From: Bacteroidaceae bacterium
GTDB lineage: Bacteria; Bacillota; Clostridia; Lachnospirales; Lachnospiraceae
Assembly (NCBI GenBank): GCA_963597615.1
Contig: CAVBQS010000040.1
Location: 7,366 to 71,365 of the forward strand
Direction: 5' to 3'
DNA length: 64,000 nucleotides
Shown: piece after piece, positions 11,439 to 21,790 of the stretch
How the letters are laid out: the number at the start of each line of letters is the position of its first letter
Numbering within the stretch: position 1 is the first letter of the stretch
The notes under the pieces: model-generated
Told to the model about the DNA's origin: nothing
Seen by the model: the letters and a program-made list of their open reading frames with translations, nothing else
The model's database searches: none
Made by a program: the position numbers and the translations under genes

Positions 11439-12065
11439 CTATGCTTCCTGTACTTCGTTGGCTTCTTCATATTTGCTAAATACTTTAGTTAATGGAAAAG
11501 AAGTACAGTAAGCCAGAAAAGCAAAGCCAAAAATAACCAGAAAAACACGGATTATAGGGCTTACATAGGCCAGGGTAAATCCTATGAGGGTGATCAAGAG
11601 AAGAAAAAAAGTCTGCATAGGATTTGCCAAAGCAATCAGCAAAGAATTTTTTACTGTCTGTTTTAGGCTGTTTTCAAATCTTGCACTTAGAGCAAATACA
11701 TATAAGAGGGAAATGACGTAAAGTAATGTACAGCATGCAATTACGATTAGAAAGGCAGTGCCCAGGCCTGTTTTGATCTGGGCCCAAAAGGCCAGGTTAT
11801 ACAGCAGGATTGCTCCTACCAGGGCATACAAAACAAACAGTAAAAAAGAACGTTTGAAATTTTCTTTTAGAGCAAACAAGTAAGAATGAACGATGTAGCC
11901 CTGCTCATTTCTTGCTTCCCGCAGGGTGACGGTATAGAGAGCGCTGATGGCCGGACCAATGGTCACAAGAGGGATGCAAGTGATCAGAAAAAGAATGTTT
12001 AAGATCACAAAATCAGAAAAAATTCCCAGAAATTGAAAAAGGGGGCCTTCGGTGTTGAATTTCAT
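11439..12065 (-). CDS. YesL-like (DUF624) integral membrane protein
   Basis: 208 aa and multi-TM. It lies 33 nt upstream of GH94 on the same strand. This family commonly accompanies LplABC-type sugar ABC systems. Confidence 0.65.
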   Translation of the reverse strand: MKFNTEGPLFQFLGIFSDFVILNILFLITCIPLVTIGPAISALYTVTLREARNEQGYIVHSYLFALKENFKRSFLLFVLYALVGAILLYNLAFWAQIKTGLGTAFLIVIACCTLLYVISLLYVFALSARFENSLKQTVKNSLLIALANPMQTFFLLLITLIGFTLAYVSPIIRVFLVIFGFAFLAYCTSFPLTKVFSKYEEANEVQEA

Positions 12066-12329
12066 AACTCTTCTCCTTCCATAAAGAAAATAAAAACATT
12101 TTTCTTAGCATATGCTTATCTTATGGAGGAATTAGGCAAAAAACTACAGATAAAAATAGAGGTAAAATACCTTAAAAAATAGATTTTAAGGGGGTCTATC
12201 TGAAAAAGACAAAATTTTTCCTATAGTTAGCCTCTGATTTGGTCGGTATCTTCTTAATAGAAGAGAATGCTACAATGAGCAGGAATTAAAGAGAAGCTGC
12301 AGCACAATTTAAAAGAAGGAGAGAGTACA

Positions 12330-13271
12330 ATGAAAAAACAAGCGGTAAGCAAAACAAATCAAAGTGCAGCCAAGGTTGCCAGAAGCCGCAGATTGTTCTA
12401 CTGTCTAATACCCTTTATCATTTTATGTTTCCTGTTTTCTTATTTCCCTCTTCATGGATGGATTTATTCCTTCTATGATTACAAACCGCCCCTTGACCTG
12501 TCTCAGTGTGAGTTTGTAGGTCTGAAGTGGTTTAAGACCTTATTTGCAAATAAGACCCAGGTTGCGCAGATGATTCAGGTAATGAAAAATACCTTTGCCA
12601 TGAGTTTGCTGGGAATTGCAACATCTATTTTGCCGGCAGCATTTGCTATTTTTCTAAATGAGATCAAAAGTAAGTGGTTCAAGAATCTGGTACAGACCCT
12701 GACTACCCTGCCAAACTTCATCAGCTGGGTTTTGGTTTATTCCGTAGCCTTCAGCTTATTTACAGACAGTGGTATGGTGAATACAGTTCTGCAGAATATG
12801 GGAATCATTACAAGCCCCATTAAATTCTTGGACAGTGATGCCCATACGTATTTGTGGATGACCTTATGGAGTATGTGGAAAGGCCTTGGATGGGGAGCAA
12901 TCATGTATCTGGCGGCCATTGCCGGAATTGATCAGGAACTTTATGAGGCGGCTAAAGTAGATGGTGCAAACCGTTTCCAGGTAATCAAAAACATTACAGT
13001 ACCGGCCCTGGCCCCTACATTTTTTGTATTGTTAATGATGTCCGTAGCAAACTTCCTAAACAATGGTATGGACCAGTACTATGTATTCCAGAACGCATTT
13101 AATAAAGAACATATTCAGGTACTTGACCTGTATGTTTATAACATTGGTATGACTGGAAGCAGTTTATCCCTAGCAACTGCCATCAGTATGTTAAAGAGTG
13201 TGGTCAGTGTTACCTTGCTTATGATCGTAAACTTCGTATCCAAGAAAACACGTGGAGCATCTATTATTTAA
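12330..13271 (+). CDS. carbohydrate ABC transporter permease (LplB-like)
   Basis: 313 aa, about 6 TM, with an EAA-loop region DQELYEAAKVDGANRFQVIKNITVP. Confidence 0.85.
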   Translation: MKKQAVSKTNQSAAKVARSRRLFYCLIPFIILCFLFSYFPLHGWIYSFYDYKPPLDLSQCEFVGLKWFKTLFANKTQVAQMIQVMKNTFAMSLLGIATSILPAAFAIFLNEIKSKWFKNLVQTLTTLPNFISWVLVYSVAFSLFTDSGMVNTVLQNMGIITSPIKFLDSDAHTYLWMTLWSMWKGLGWGAIMYLAAIAGIDQELYEAAKVDGANRFQVIKNITVPALAPTFFVLLMMSVANFLNNGMDQYYVFQNAFNKEHIQVLDLYVYNIGMTGSSLSLATAISMLKSVVSVTLLMIVNFVSKKTRGASII

Positions 13272-13287
13272 GGAAGGAGGAAAAGAA

Positions 13288-14205
13288 GTGGAAGCCGTAG
13301 TAAAAAAGCATCATAAAAAAATGAAAAGCGGGGACATTGCATTTAGTATTGTCAACTATCTGGTGTTTATTATCATTACAGTGATCTGTGCCTATCCTTT
13401 TTACTATATGATCATAAACACCCTCAGTAATAACGAATTAAGTGCCAATGGAGCCATTAATTTCCTTCCTCAGGGGATACATCTTGGAAACTATATTCAA
13501 GTCTTATCCTTAGATGGACTTCCCAGGGCAGCACTGATTTCTGTGGCCAGAACTGTGATCGGTACAGTTTGTGCCGTAATGGCATCAGCCTTTTTGGGAT
13601 TCCTTTTTACCCAGGAAGAACTTTGGCACAGAAAATTATGGTATCGGTTTTTCGTAATTACCATGTACTTTAATGCAGGTATGATTCCTATGTTTATTAC
13701 CATGCGAACCCTGCATCTGACCAATACCTTCTGGGTATACATTTTGCCGGCCATAGTACAGCCCTTTAGTATTATTATGGTGAAGACCTATATTGAATCT
13801 ATGCCCAAATCTCTTCAGGAAGCTGCAGAGATTGACGGGGCAGGGATTCTCACCATCTTCTGGAAGATTATCCTTCCTACAGCCAAGCCAATTCTTGCTA
13901 CCGTAGCGATTTGGGCAGCTGTTGCACAGTGGAATTCCTTCCAGGATACATTGATCTATATTACAGATCAGAAGCTTTATTCTTTACAGTATCTGTTGTA
14001 CACTTATATCAATCAGGCAAGTTCCCTGGCAGCCATGGTTCGAAACTCAGGAACAGTTTCAGCAGCCATGATGGCATCACAGCAGACACCAACTTCAATA
14101 CGAATGACAGTTTCTGTTATTGTAGTATTACCGATTTTGTTTGTATATCCGATTTTCCAGAGATTCTTTGTATCTGGTATCATGATCGGTTCTGTAAAAG
14201 GTTAA
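13288..14205 (+). CDS. carbohydrate ABC transporter permease (LplC-like)
   Basis: EAA loop SLQEAAEIDGAGILTIFWKIILP. Start moved to GTG 13288, 7 nt after AGGAGG (13275-13280). The track start at 13252 overlaps the upstream gene and has no RBS. Confidence 0.85.
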   Translation: MEAVVKKHHKKMKSGDIAFSIVNYLVFIIITVICAYPFYYMIINTLSNNELSANGAINFLPQGIHLGNYIQVLSLDGLPRAALISVARTVIGTVCAVMASAFLGFLFTQEELWHRKLWYRFFVITMYFNAGMIPMFITMRTLHLTNTFWVYILPAIVQPFSIIMVKTYIESMPKSLQEAAEIDGAGILTIFWKIILPTAKPILATVAIWAAVAQWNSFQDTLIYITDQKLYSLQYLLYTYINQASSLAAMVRNSGTVSAAMMASQQTPTSIRMTVSVIVVLPILFVYPIFQRFFVSGIMIGSVKG

Positions 14206-14218
14206 GGAGGAAAATTTG

Positions 14219-15982
14219 ATGAAAAAGAAAGTAATAGGTATTTTGCTGTCTACGGTACTTGCAGCATCCGCGATTCTTACGGGATGTGGCGGAAGTGACA
14301 GCAGTGAATCTGCCAGTTCAGACGATCTTCTGACAGTAGATGTATATGACGATCAGGCCAACTATCAGGGAATTCAGTCTGGATGGTTTGCAAAAATCGT
14401 GAAAGACAAATTCAATATTGAATTAAATGTTATTGCACCCAACGTAGCAGGTGGTGGAGATACCCTCTTCCAAACAAGATCTGCAGCAGGAAATCTGGGA
14501 GATATTATTATTTCCAATACAGAAAATGGTCGTCTAAAAGACATGGTAACAGCTGGACTTTTGATGGATATGACGGATTTTTTGAAAGATAAAGATGTAA
14601 TGAAAAACTATGGTGATGCCATCGAAAAGGCCAATGAGAATGCAGGACAGGACGGAGTATGGTGCATTCCAAGTGAAATCTCCAGCCAGTCACCGGAAGT
14701 TTCAGCAGATGGTATTGAACCTTTGGTTGCTCCTTACATGAGATGGGACGGATATGAAGCCATTGGTTGTCCGGAAATCAAAACTCTAGAAGACTGGATC
14801 CCGGTTATGAAACAGCTTCAGGAGCAGATTCCAGAAAGTGATTCCGGTAAAAAGACCTATGCTTTGTCACTCTTTAAAGACTGGGACGGAAGCTCTATGG
14901 TAGCTGCAAAGAACTTCTGCTCCCTCTATGGATACAATGACACCGGTACAGGTTTCGTTTTGGCAAAAGCAGACGGAAGTGATTTTCAGGATATTACAGA
15001 CAGTGACGGAATCTATGTAAGAGCTTTAAAATTCCTCTTCGAGGCAAATCAGGAAGGCTTAATTGACCCAGAGTCAACTACTCAAAGTTATGATATTCTT
15101 TCTGATAAATACCGTGATGGACAAATTCTTACTTCACTTTGGTCTTATCAGGGACAGGCTTACTACAATACAACTGAGCACAAGGAAGCTGGAAAGGGCT
15201 TTATGCCAGGCTTTATCGAAGATTCTTCACCGTATACCGCGGGATGTTATTCAGAAGGTAATGCAAAAGTTGTAATCTGCATCGGAAGCCAGGCAAAAGA
15301 GCCGGAAAGAATTGCTGAATTTATCGATTGGCTCTACTCACCGGAAGGAGTAGAATGCGCAGGACAGTCCAATGGTGCAGCCGGTCCAGAGGGACTTACC
15401 TGGGAGATGGATGGAGACAAGGCAGTTCTGACTGACTTTGGTGAGAAAGCACTTCCAAGTAATGATGTAACTGTATCTGATGAATGGGGCGGTGGTTCTT
15501 GGAAGGATGGTGTATGTGCATTAAACTTCAAGACCGTAGCACTTGTTGATACAGATCCGAATACCAACGAGCCTTACATGGAGACTATGTGGTCCTCTGT
15601 TTTGGAGAAGAACAATACATCCTTGGATACTAGCTGGAAAGATTGGGCAGGTGGAGCAGAAACTACTATTGAATATCTGGAAAATAAAGGTGCCCTTTCA
15701 GTATCTCCTGGTATCTCCTATACACAGCCAGAGGAATCTTCTGATATTACAACCTTAAGAAACCAGTGTAAGACAACTATCGTAGATAGTTCTTGGCAGA
15801 TGGTATTTGCATCAGATGAAGCGGAATTCAATGAAATTCTTAAAAACATGCAGGATACAGTCAAGGGACTTGGATACGAAGAAGTTCTAAAGGTTGATAT
15901 GCAGAATGCAAAAGATCAGGCAGCAGCAAAAAGACAGGCTGTAGAAGATTACAATAGCTCCAATTCTCAGGACGGAGAATAA
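14219..15982 (+). CDS. extracellular solute-binding lipoprotein of the ABC importer (LplA-like)
   Basis: Signal peptide plus lipobox (LAASAILTG-C). A large 587-aa sugar-binding protein. ATG 14219 lies 8 nt after AGGAGG. Confidence 0.85.
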   Translation: MKKKVIGILLSTVLAASAILTGCGGSDSSESASSDDLLTVDVYDDQANYQGIQSGWFAKIVKDKFNIELNVIAPNVAGGGDTLFQTRSAAGNLGDIIISNTENGRLKDMVTAGLLMDMTDFLKDKDVMKNYGDAIEKANENAGQDGVWCIPSEISSQSPEVSADGIEPLVAPYMRWDGYEAIGCPEIKTLEDWIPVMKQLQEQIPESDSGKKTYALSLFKDWDGSSMVAAKNFCSLYGYNDTGTGFVLAKADGSDFQDITDSDGIYVRALKFLFEANQEGLIDPESTTQSYDILSDKYRDGQILTSLWSYQGQAYYNTTEHKEAGKGFMPGFIEDSSPYTAGCYSEGNAKVVICIGSQAKEPERIAEFIDWLYSPEGVECAGQSNGAAGPEGLTWEMDGDKAVLTDFGEKALPSNDVTVSDEWGGGSWKDGVCALNFKTVALVDTDPNTNEPYMETMWSSVLEKNNTSLDTSWKDWAGGAETTIEYLENKGALSVSPGISYTQPEESSDITTLRNQCKTTIVDSSWQMVFASDEAEFNEILKNMQDTVKGLGYEEVLKVDMQNAKDQAAAKRQAVEDYNSSNSQDGE

Positions 15983-16001
15983 TAAGTAATTGATAAAAAA
16001 G

Positions 16002-16035
16002 AAAATGACTGGGGAAGAATTCCTCAGTCATTTTT
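16002..16035. terminator. bidirectional terminator between the SBP gene and the response-regulator gene
   Basis: AAAATGACTGGGG-N7-CCTCAGTCATTTT, with T-runs on both strands. Confidence 0.65.
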
Positions 16036-16038
16036 ATA

Positions 16039-17586
16039 TTAGTGATTGTTACCGGTCCGGCTCTTTCGATATTCCGCAGGACTCATGCCGGTATATTTAT
16101 TAAATTTCTTATGAAAATAATCAACATTTGAGTAGCCCACTCTTTGGGCAATCTCGTAGACCTTGTAGTCATACTCTTCCAAGAGTTTTTTGGAATTTTC
16201 AATTCGGATTTCATCCACATAAGAATTGAAATTTTTCCCTGTTGTTTTGCTGAAAACCTTTCCCAGATAGGAGCTATTGTAGCCAAAAAGTTCCGCAATA
16301 GACCCAAGTTTTAGGTTCTTTTGATAATTGTGATGAATGTAATTTAAAATTCCGTCCATAACGCTTTCCCGGCTTGGAGAGTCGATGGCATTCATGTACA
16401 TTTCAAACTGCACAGTAAAAAACTGTAAAATCTCATACAGATAATATTGTTCTTCAATGCCGCTGATAATGGCTGCATTATTGGGAAGAGGCAGGTCTGC
16501 AAGGCCATAGGTGTGGGTAATAATGGACTTTACCTGAATCATAATATCAGCAAGATAGTGTTTTAAGACGGCTACCTCTGCGTTGGTAAAGTATAGTTCA
16601 TTTTTTAGTTCATCCAAAACTTCCATCAACATATGAAGGTTTCCTGACTGAATATAATTGGCAATTCGTTCAGAATAGCTATCCTGCAATAGGCTTGTTT
16701 TTGGCCTGGATTCATTGTTTTCAGGAAGTTCAAGGAAGCCTAGAACATGCTGGTTGGGACTGCAAAAAAATCTTCGTTTCATAAGTTCCGAAGCCTCTTC
16801 AAAGGAAGCATAAATTTGGTCCACCCGATATACCGGATGTCCATAAGTAAGAAATAGAGAATCCAGGGGAGATCCTTTTTGGGGTTGCCCAAAGTAGCGG
16901 TCTAAAAGTTCCTGAAAACGATTTAGGGCAAAATTTCCTTTCAACAAAATGACATTCCGATTATCCAGGCGAATATCATCCAGAGAATTATGGTCTTTGT
17001 TGACCAGCCGGAGAATATCGGCAAAATTCCAGGTGGTCTGGAAGGATTCCTGATTATAGTTGGTGTAGATAATTACCTGGTAAATAGAAGCTTCCAAAGC
17101 AATATCGTGATAGTCAAGATAGGTGTCGTCGATCTTATTTAGGAGAATATCCTTCAGTATAGAGTCTCTGGCTTTGGACCGATATTCTACCAGTTTTTTT
17201 TCGGTAGTCTGCTCCTCAGTGAGGGAGTTTTTTGCTTCCAAAACAGCTTTTTCCAGTTCTTCTTCTTCGATAGGTTTGGTAAGATAGGAACTAACCCCAT
17301 ATTTGATGGCTTCCTGGGCATAGGAAAAATCAGAGTAGCCACTGAGAATAATAAACTTTCCCTGAAAACCTTTCTCTTTTGCCTGTCTAATGACTTCTAA
17401 GCCGGAAAGCTTGGGCATGCGAATATCCATAAGAACCACGTCAGGCCGAGAAACCAAAATCTGTGCCAAAGTATCTGCCCCATTTTTCCCTTCCCCGCAT
17501 ATATAAAATCCAAGCTCAGACCAATCCAGAATATAACGCAGTCCTTCTCGGACATCTTGTTCATCATCTGCTATAAATAATTTCAT
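16039..17586 (-). CDS. response regulator with AraC-type HTH output (YesN-like)
   Basis: Receiver domain (LFIADDEQDV..., DVVLMDIRMPKLSG) and a C-terminal AraC HTH. Start moved to ATG 17586 behind AAGGAG. The track start adds 20 unsupported codons. Confidence 0.85.
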   Translation of the reverse strand: MKLFIADDEQDVREGLRYILDWSELGFYICGEGKNGADTLAQILVSRPDVVLMDIRMPKLSGLEVIRQAKEKGFQGKFIILSGYSDFSYAQEAIKYGVSSYLTKPIEEEELEKAVLEAKNSLTEEQTTEKKLVEYRSKARDSILKDILLNKIDDTYLDYHDIALEASIYQVIIYTNYNQESFQTTWNFADILRLVNKDHNSLDDIRLDNRNVILLKGNFALNRFQELLDRYFGQPQKGSPLDSLFLTYGHPVYRVDQIYASFEEASELMKRRFFCSPNQHVLGFLELPENNESRPKTSLLQDSYSERIANYIQSGNLHMLMEVLDELKNELYFTNAEVAVLKHYLADIMIQVKSIITHTYGLADLPLPNNAAIISGIEEQYYLYEILQFFTVQFEMYMNAIDSPSRESVMDGILNYIHHNYQKNLKLGSIAELFGYNSSYLGKVFSKTTGKNFNSYVDEIRIENSKKLLEEYDYKVYEIAQRVGYSNVDYFHKKFNKYTGMSPAEYRKSRTGNNH

Positions 17587-17588
17587 TT

Positions 17589-19382
17589 TTAGGTCTCCTT
17601 TCGGTATTTTTGAGCGGGAATTTCCATAATAATAAGGGTTCCCCAATTCTTTTTGCTTTTAATGGTAAGTCCATAAGAGTCGCCGTAGCATAGTTTTATA
17701 CGCTGGTTAATATTGTATAAGCCAATGCTTCTAGAAGACTCTTTGGGGTGGTGATAAATATTCTGTTTCATTTGTTCCACTTCTTCCGGTGTCATACCGC
17801 AGCCGTTATCAAATACTTGGATATATAAGCTTTCTTGCCGGGCATAAATGTGAATAATAATCTTACCATTTTCTTCTACCTCTTCCAAGCCATGAAGAAC
17901 GGCATTCTCTACAATGGGTTGAAGTAGAAGGGGCATGATCTGAAGCTCGGAAAGCTCCAGCTTAGGGTCTGCCTTTAGGGTGTAATTCACCCTGTCGTGG
18001 AAGCGAAGCTTTTGGATGGCAAGATATGTGTTGATATAATCCAGCTCTTTTTCTAGAGTGGTAAAGGAAGTGGTGGTATTGCTTAAGACATACCGCATGG
18101 ACTTGCCAAGTAACTTAACTGCATTTGCCACTTCTTTGTTGCCGGCTTTCAAGGCTCGCATGCGGATGGTTTCCAGGGTATTATACAGAAAATGAGGATT
18201 AATCTGGCTGGAAAGCATCTTAAACTCCATCTGCTGCTGTTGGTTTGCCAGTTCTTGACTGCGAATCTCAGCCTGATAGGCGGAAGCTTCAATATCCCGG
18301 ATATCCTGGACCATGATGCCAAGGTCTTTAAAAGCTTCTGAAATTTCGTCCGTTCCGGAAAAGCTATCTGCGATTTCATAATTTCCCAAACTGACAGTAT
18401 GCATAGTCTCTCTGAGGGTAATGACCCGGTGGCTGAAATACCTGGAGTAAGCCAGCACAAAGATACTGGTAGGAATCAGGATCAGGAGAATTAGGGCAAT
18501 ATGGATGAGACTAAGTCGATTCATATTGGGGTAGGCCTCATAATCTAAGGATGCAATATAAAAAATATCATCGGAGTAGCTGATAGACAGGGCACTGATA
18601 CAGCCAATCACTTTGGTATTATTACAGTCTAGAGGGCCGAGATAGTATCCGGAAGGTCCCGCTTTATATATATCAGGCAGGCTAGTGATGCTGTCAGAAT
18701 CGCTCTGGTAAAACTGGGAATCTTCATTGAGCCATACCACAGTTTTTAGAGAACTATTTTCAATCCGATTTTTAAGTTGGTTGTTGCTAAGGGAAACCTT
18801 CAGGATGGCAAAGCTGTTTTTTTGCGGAAGAAAAATCCGACAGTGCAAGGTTACCAGGGGAGAAGTTCTGCCAAAACGGTCAGTCTGAGTCTCTACAGAC
18901 CAAAAGGGGGTAGAACTTTCGGCAGCTCTTGCATACCAAGATTCTTCTTGTACTTCCTCAGTGATGGGTTGGATATATTCTGTAGCCGGAATGGAGGTAT
19001 TGTAGGTATATACAGCAATTTCCTGAATAGAAGCATCCTCTGACAGGGTATAATTAAACCCACTAAAAGATTCTGCCCTAAGTTGCCCCTGGCGGTTGTC
19101 TGAAAAATCTGTGCTAAGAAGACTGATGAGTTCCTTGTCATCTGCAAGTTGCCTGGACTCGTTATAAATGTTGGAGGTCAAATCTAAGAGAGAAGATCTG
19201 ACCCGAAGATTATCAGAGTGGGCTTGCTGTCTGTAGTGGTCCGCAAGGAGGGACCTTGAGTTATAGAGAAGATAATTTCCCAACAAGAGAACCGGAATAA
19301 AGATTGCAAGAAAAAATATAATATGAAGTTGATGCTGTACCTTAACCCGGCTGAAAATACCGGAAGCTTTTTTGCCTTTCAT
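17589..19382 (-). CDS. sensor histidine kinase (YesM-like)
   Basis: Two TM segments flank a ~270-aa extracytoplasmic domain. QINPHFLYNTL His-kinase block and a C-terminal HATPase_c. ATG 19382 lies 8 nt after AGGTGG, and the stop abuts the RBS of the regulator gene. Confidence 0.85.
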   Translation of the reverse strand: MKGKKASGIFSRVKVQHQLHIIFFLAIFIPVLLLGNYLLYNSRSLLADHYRQQAHSDNLRVRSSLLDLTSNIYNESRQLADDKELISLLSTDFSDNRQGQLRAESFSGFNYTLSEDASIQEIAVYTYNTSIPATEYIQPITEEVQEESWYARAAESSTPFWSVETQTDRFGRTSPLVTLHCRIFLPQKNSFAILKVSLSNNQLKNRIENSSLKTVVWLNEDSQFYQSDSDSITSLPDIYKAGPSGYYLGPLDCNNTKVIGCISALSISYSDDIFYIASLDYEAYPNMNRLSLIHIALILLILIPTSIFVLAYSRYFSHRVITLRETMHTVSLGNYEIADSFSGTDEISEAFKDLGIMVQDIRDIEASAYQAEIRSQELANQQQQMEFKMLSSQINPHFLYNTLETIRMRALKAGNKEVANAVKLLGKSMRYVLSNTTTSFTTLEKELDYINTYLAIQKLRFHDRVNYTLKADPKLELSELQIMPLLLQPIVENAVLHGLEEVEENGKIIIHIYARQESLYIQVFDNGCGMTPEEVEQMKQNIYHHPKESSRSIGLYNINQRIKLCYGDSYGLTIKSKKNWGTLIIMEIPAQKYRKET

Positions 19383-19532
19383 ACTCAAAACCACCTGAAA
19401 ATGCCTACCAATAATTACTTCTCTATATTATATAATTTTGCCGGAAAAAATGAAAGTTTATAAGTATATCAAAGATGAAAAAGAAAATCTGTCAGACCTT
19501 GCAGAGGAAGTGATTCGACAGATTAAAGAAAA

Positions 19533-19575
19533 ATAGCACTCACCTCTTGACAGTGCTAATAAGAGGTGTTATAGT
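19533..19575 (+). promoter_or_regulatory. CIRCE-like operator overlapping a sigmaA-type promoter (hsp20 copy 1)
   Basis: ATAGCACTC-N9-CAGTGCTAA (19533-19559), against canonical TTAGCACTC-N9-GAGTGCTAA. TTGACA at 19547-19552 lies inside the operator. TATAGT at 19570-19575 follows after a 17-nt spacer. Confidence 0.7.
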
Positions 19576-19737
19576 ACAGCTAGAACAAAGGAAGAGGGAT
19601 AAGGAAATGAAGATATGAAGCCGACAGCATTCATAGAAGTTTCCCGATCGCGAATCCAGAAGTTCCGACACACAACACCTCGGAATTCTTCGATGGTGCT
19701 AAAATAAATATTTGTCACTTGGAAGGAGAGATGACTT

Positions 19738-20190
19738 ATGATGATGCCTAGTATTTTTGGAGAGAACTTATTTGATGATTTTATGAATGATTTTACATTC
19801 CCGACATTCCCGAATGTAGACAAAGCCTTGTATGGAAAACATGCAAAGAACCTTATGAAGACAGATGTCAAAGAGACAGAGACTGGTTATGAAGTAGATG
19901 TTGATCTTCCTGGATTTAAGAAAGACGAGATCCAGATGAAGCTCAAAGACGGAATGCTTACCGTCAGTGCAGCCAAGGGATTGGATAAAGATGAGGAAGA
20001 CAAGAAGGGTAACTACATCAGAAAAGAGCGTTACGCAGGTAGCCTAAGCAGAAGCTTTTATGTAGGTGAGCATGTAACAGTTGAGGATGTACATCCGAAG
20101 TATGAGAATGGTATCCTTTCATTCACTATTCCGAAAGAAGAGCCTAAAAAGGTTGAAGAGAAGAACCATTATATTTCAATTGAGGGATAA
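19738..20190 (+). CDS. Hsp20/alpha-crystallin family small heat-shock protein (copy 1)
   Basis: 150 aa with an alpha-crystallin domain (TDVKETETGYEVDVDLPGFKKDEI...GILSFTIPK). AAGGAGAG RBS. Confidence 0.9.
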   Translation: MMMPSIFGENLFDDFMNDFTFPTFPNVDKALYGKHAKNLMKTDVKETETGYEVDVDLPGFKKDEIQMKLKDGMLTVSAAKGLDKDEEDKKGNYIRKERYAGSLSRSFYVGEHVTVEDVHPKYENGILSFTIPKEEPKKVEEKNHYISIEG

Positions 20191-20255
20191 TCCTTAGGGA
20201 GGGAAAAATTCCTTTGACTTTTGGAAAAACAGGAAATATAATAACTGCAGACGAG

Positions 20256-20300
20256 TAGCAAGTAAGCGTAAATCCAGTTTACTTGCTATTTGTTTTTTTT
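20256..20300 (+). terminator. rho-independent terminator after hsp20 copy 1
   Basis: TAGCAAGTAA-N13-TTACTTGCTA followed by TTTGTTTTTTTT. Confidence 0.8.
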
Positions 20301-20409
20301 ATTAAAATATAGTATTTGTCATGAAAAAGTGTGTAGCCTGTGGGTGTAAGTCCGACTTATATCACAGGTTGCATTTTTTTTGTGCAAAAAAAGGAGGAAT
20401 GGAAACAAA

Positions 20410-21777
20410 ATGGCGGAGAGTAACAAGATGAAAGACATGCCGGTAAATAAGCTGATGATTCAGATGGGAATCCCCATGATTTTATCCATGGCATTGCAGG
20501 CGGTTTATAACATTGTGGACAGTGCATTTGTAGGAAATATGAAGGTGGGCAGTGAAGCAGCCTTAAATGCATTGACCTTGGTTTTTCCGGTGCAGATGCT
20601 GATGGTTGCAGTGGGAATTGGAACAGGCGTAGGAACCAATGCACTCCTTGCAAGGACACTTGGTCAGGGGAACAGTAAAAAAGCAGCAAAGGTAGCAGGA
20701 AACAGTCTGTTTCTGGGGTTGATTATTTATATAGTTTGTTTGCTATTTGGAATCTTTGGAGTGAAAGTCTATATTTCATCTCAGACCATGGATGCACAAG
20801 TGCTTGAAATGGGAGTTAGTTATCTGAGGATATGTTGTGTAATTTCCTTTGGAATTATCTTCTTTTCATTATTAGAGAAATTACTTCAGGCCACAGGACG
20901 ATCTCTTTATTCCACCATTGGACAGGTGGTTGGTGCTGTTGTAAACATTATTCTTGATCCAATTATGATCTATGGAATCGGACCGGTTCCGGAAATGGGG
21001 GTAAAAGGTGCAGCGTATGCTACCGTAATTGGTCAGCTTGCATCTGCAGTTTTACTGCTTATCTTTCATATGAAGTTGAATAAGGAATTTGAGCATGATA
21101 TGAAATATATGAAGCCGGATATAGGCATTATAAAAGAAATTTATGCGATTGGACTTCCGGCCATTATTGCCCAGGCCCTGATGTCTATTATGGTATATGT
21201 GATGAACCTGATTTTGAAGTTTAGTCCGTCAGCTCAGACAGCCTATGGGCTTTTCTACAAGGTACAGCAGTTTGTTCTCTTTCTTGCATTTGGACTTCGA
21301 GATGCGATCACCCCAATTATTGCCTTTGCTTATGGAATGAGAAGCAAGAGGAGAATTCAGGATGGAATTAAATATGGTCTGATCTATACGATTGTATTAA
21401 TGATTTTAGGCATTGCAATTACGGAGATTTTCCCTGGGGCCTTTGCCACGCTCTTCAATGCAGGGCAGTCAAGAACATATTTTATCAGTGCAATGAGGGT
21501 GATTTCTTTAAGTTTCTTGTTCGCTGGAATTAATGTTGCTTATCAGGGAATTTTTCAGGCCCTGGATGGAGGTGTGGAATCCTTGGTCATTTCACTTCTA
21601 AGACAGCTGGTAATTATATTACCACTGGCTGGAATTTTTTCTGTATTTGTCAGAAATGGTCAGATGGGAGTTGCACTAATCTGGTGGGCATTTCCAATCA
21701 CAGAAGTAATCGCATGTCTGGTGGGTTATGTATTTTTAAAGAAAATCAGAAAAAACAAAGTGAATATCCTAAAGTAA
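20410..21777 (+). CDS. MATE family efflux transporter
   Basis: ~455 aa and 12 TM, with a typical MATE N-terminus ([33 protein letters not shown]). The start is uncertain: ATG 20410 lies 12 nt after AGGAGG and the track start is 20380. Confidence 0.85.
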   Translation: MAESNKMKDMPVNKLMIQMGIPMILSMALQAVYNIVDSAFVGNMKVGSEAALNALTLVFPVQMLMVAVGIGTGVGTNALLARTLGQGNSKKAAKVAGNSLFLGLIIYIVCLLFGIFGVKVYISSQTMDAQVLEMGVSYLRICCVISFGIIFFSLLEKLLQATGRSLYSTIGQVVGAVVNIILDPIMIYGIGPVPEMGVKGAAYATVIGQLASAVLLLIFHMKLNKEFEHDMKYMKPDIGIIKEIYAIGLPAIIAQALMSIMVYVMNLILKFSPSAQTAYGLFYKVQQFVLFLAFGLRDAITPIIAFAYGMRSKRRIQDGIKYGLIYTIVLMILGIAITEIFPGAFATLFNAGQSRTYFISAMRVISLSFLFAGINVAYQGIFQALDGGVESLVISLLRQLVIILPLAGIFSVFVRNGQMGVALIWWAFPITEVIACLVGYVFLKKIRKNKVNILK

Positions 21778-21790
21778 GGAGGAAGCGAAG

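Noticed and set aside
19450-19536. 28-codon ORF (MKVYKYIKDEKENLSDLAEEVIRQIKEK) just upstream of the first CIRCE-like site
   Set aside because: It has no convincing RBS and no recognisable family, and its stop overlaps the operator. It cannot be supported from sequence alone.
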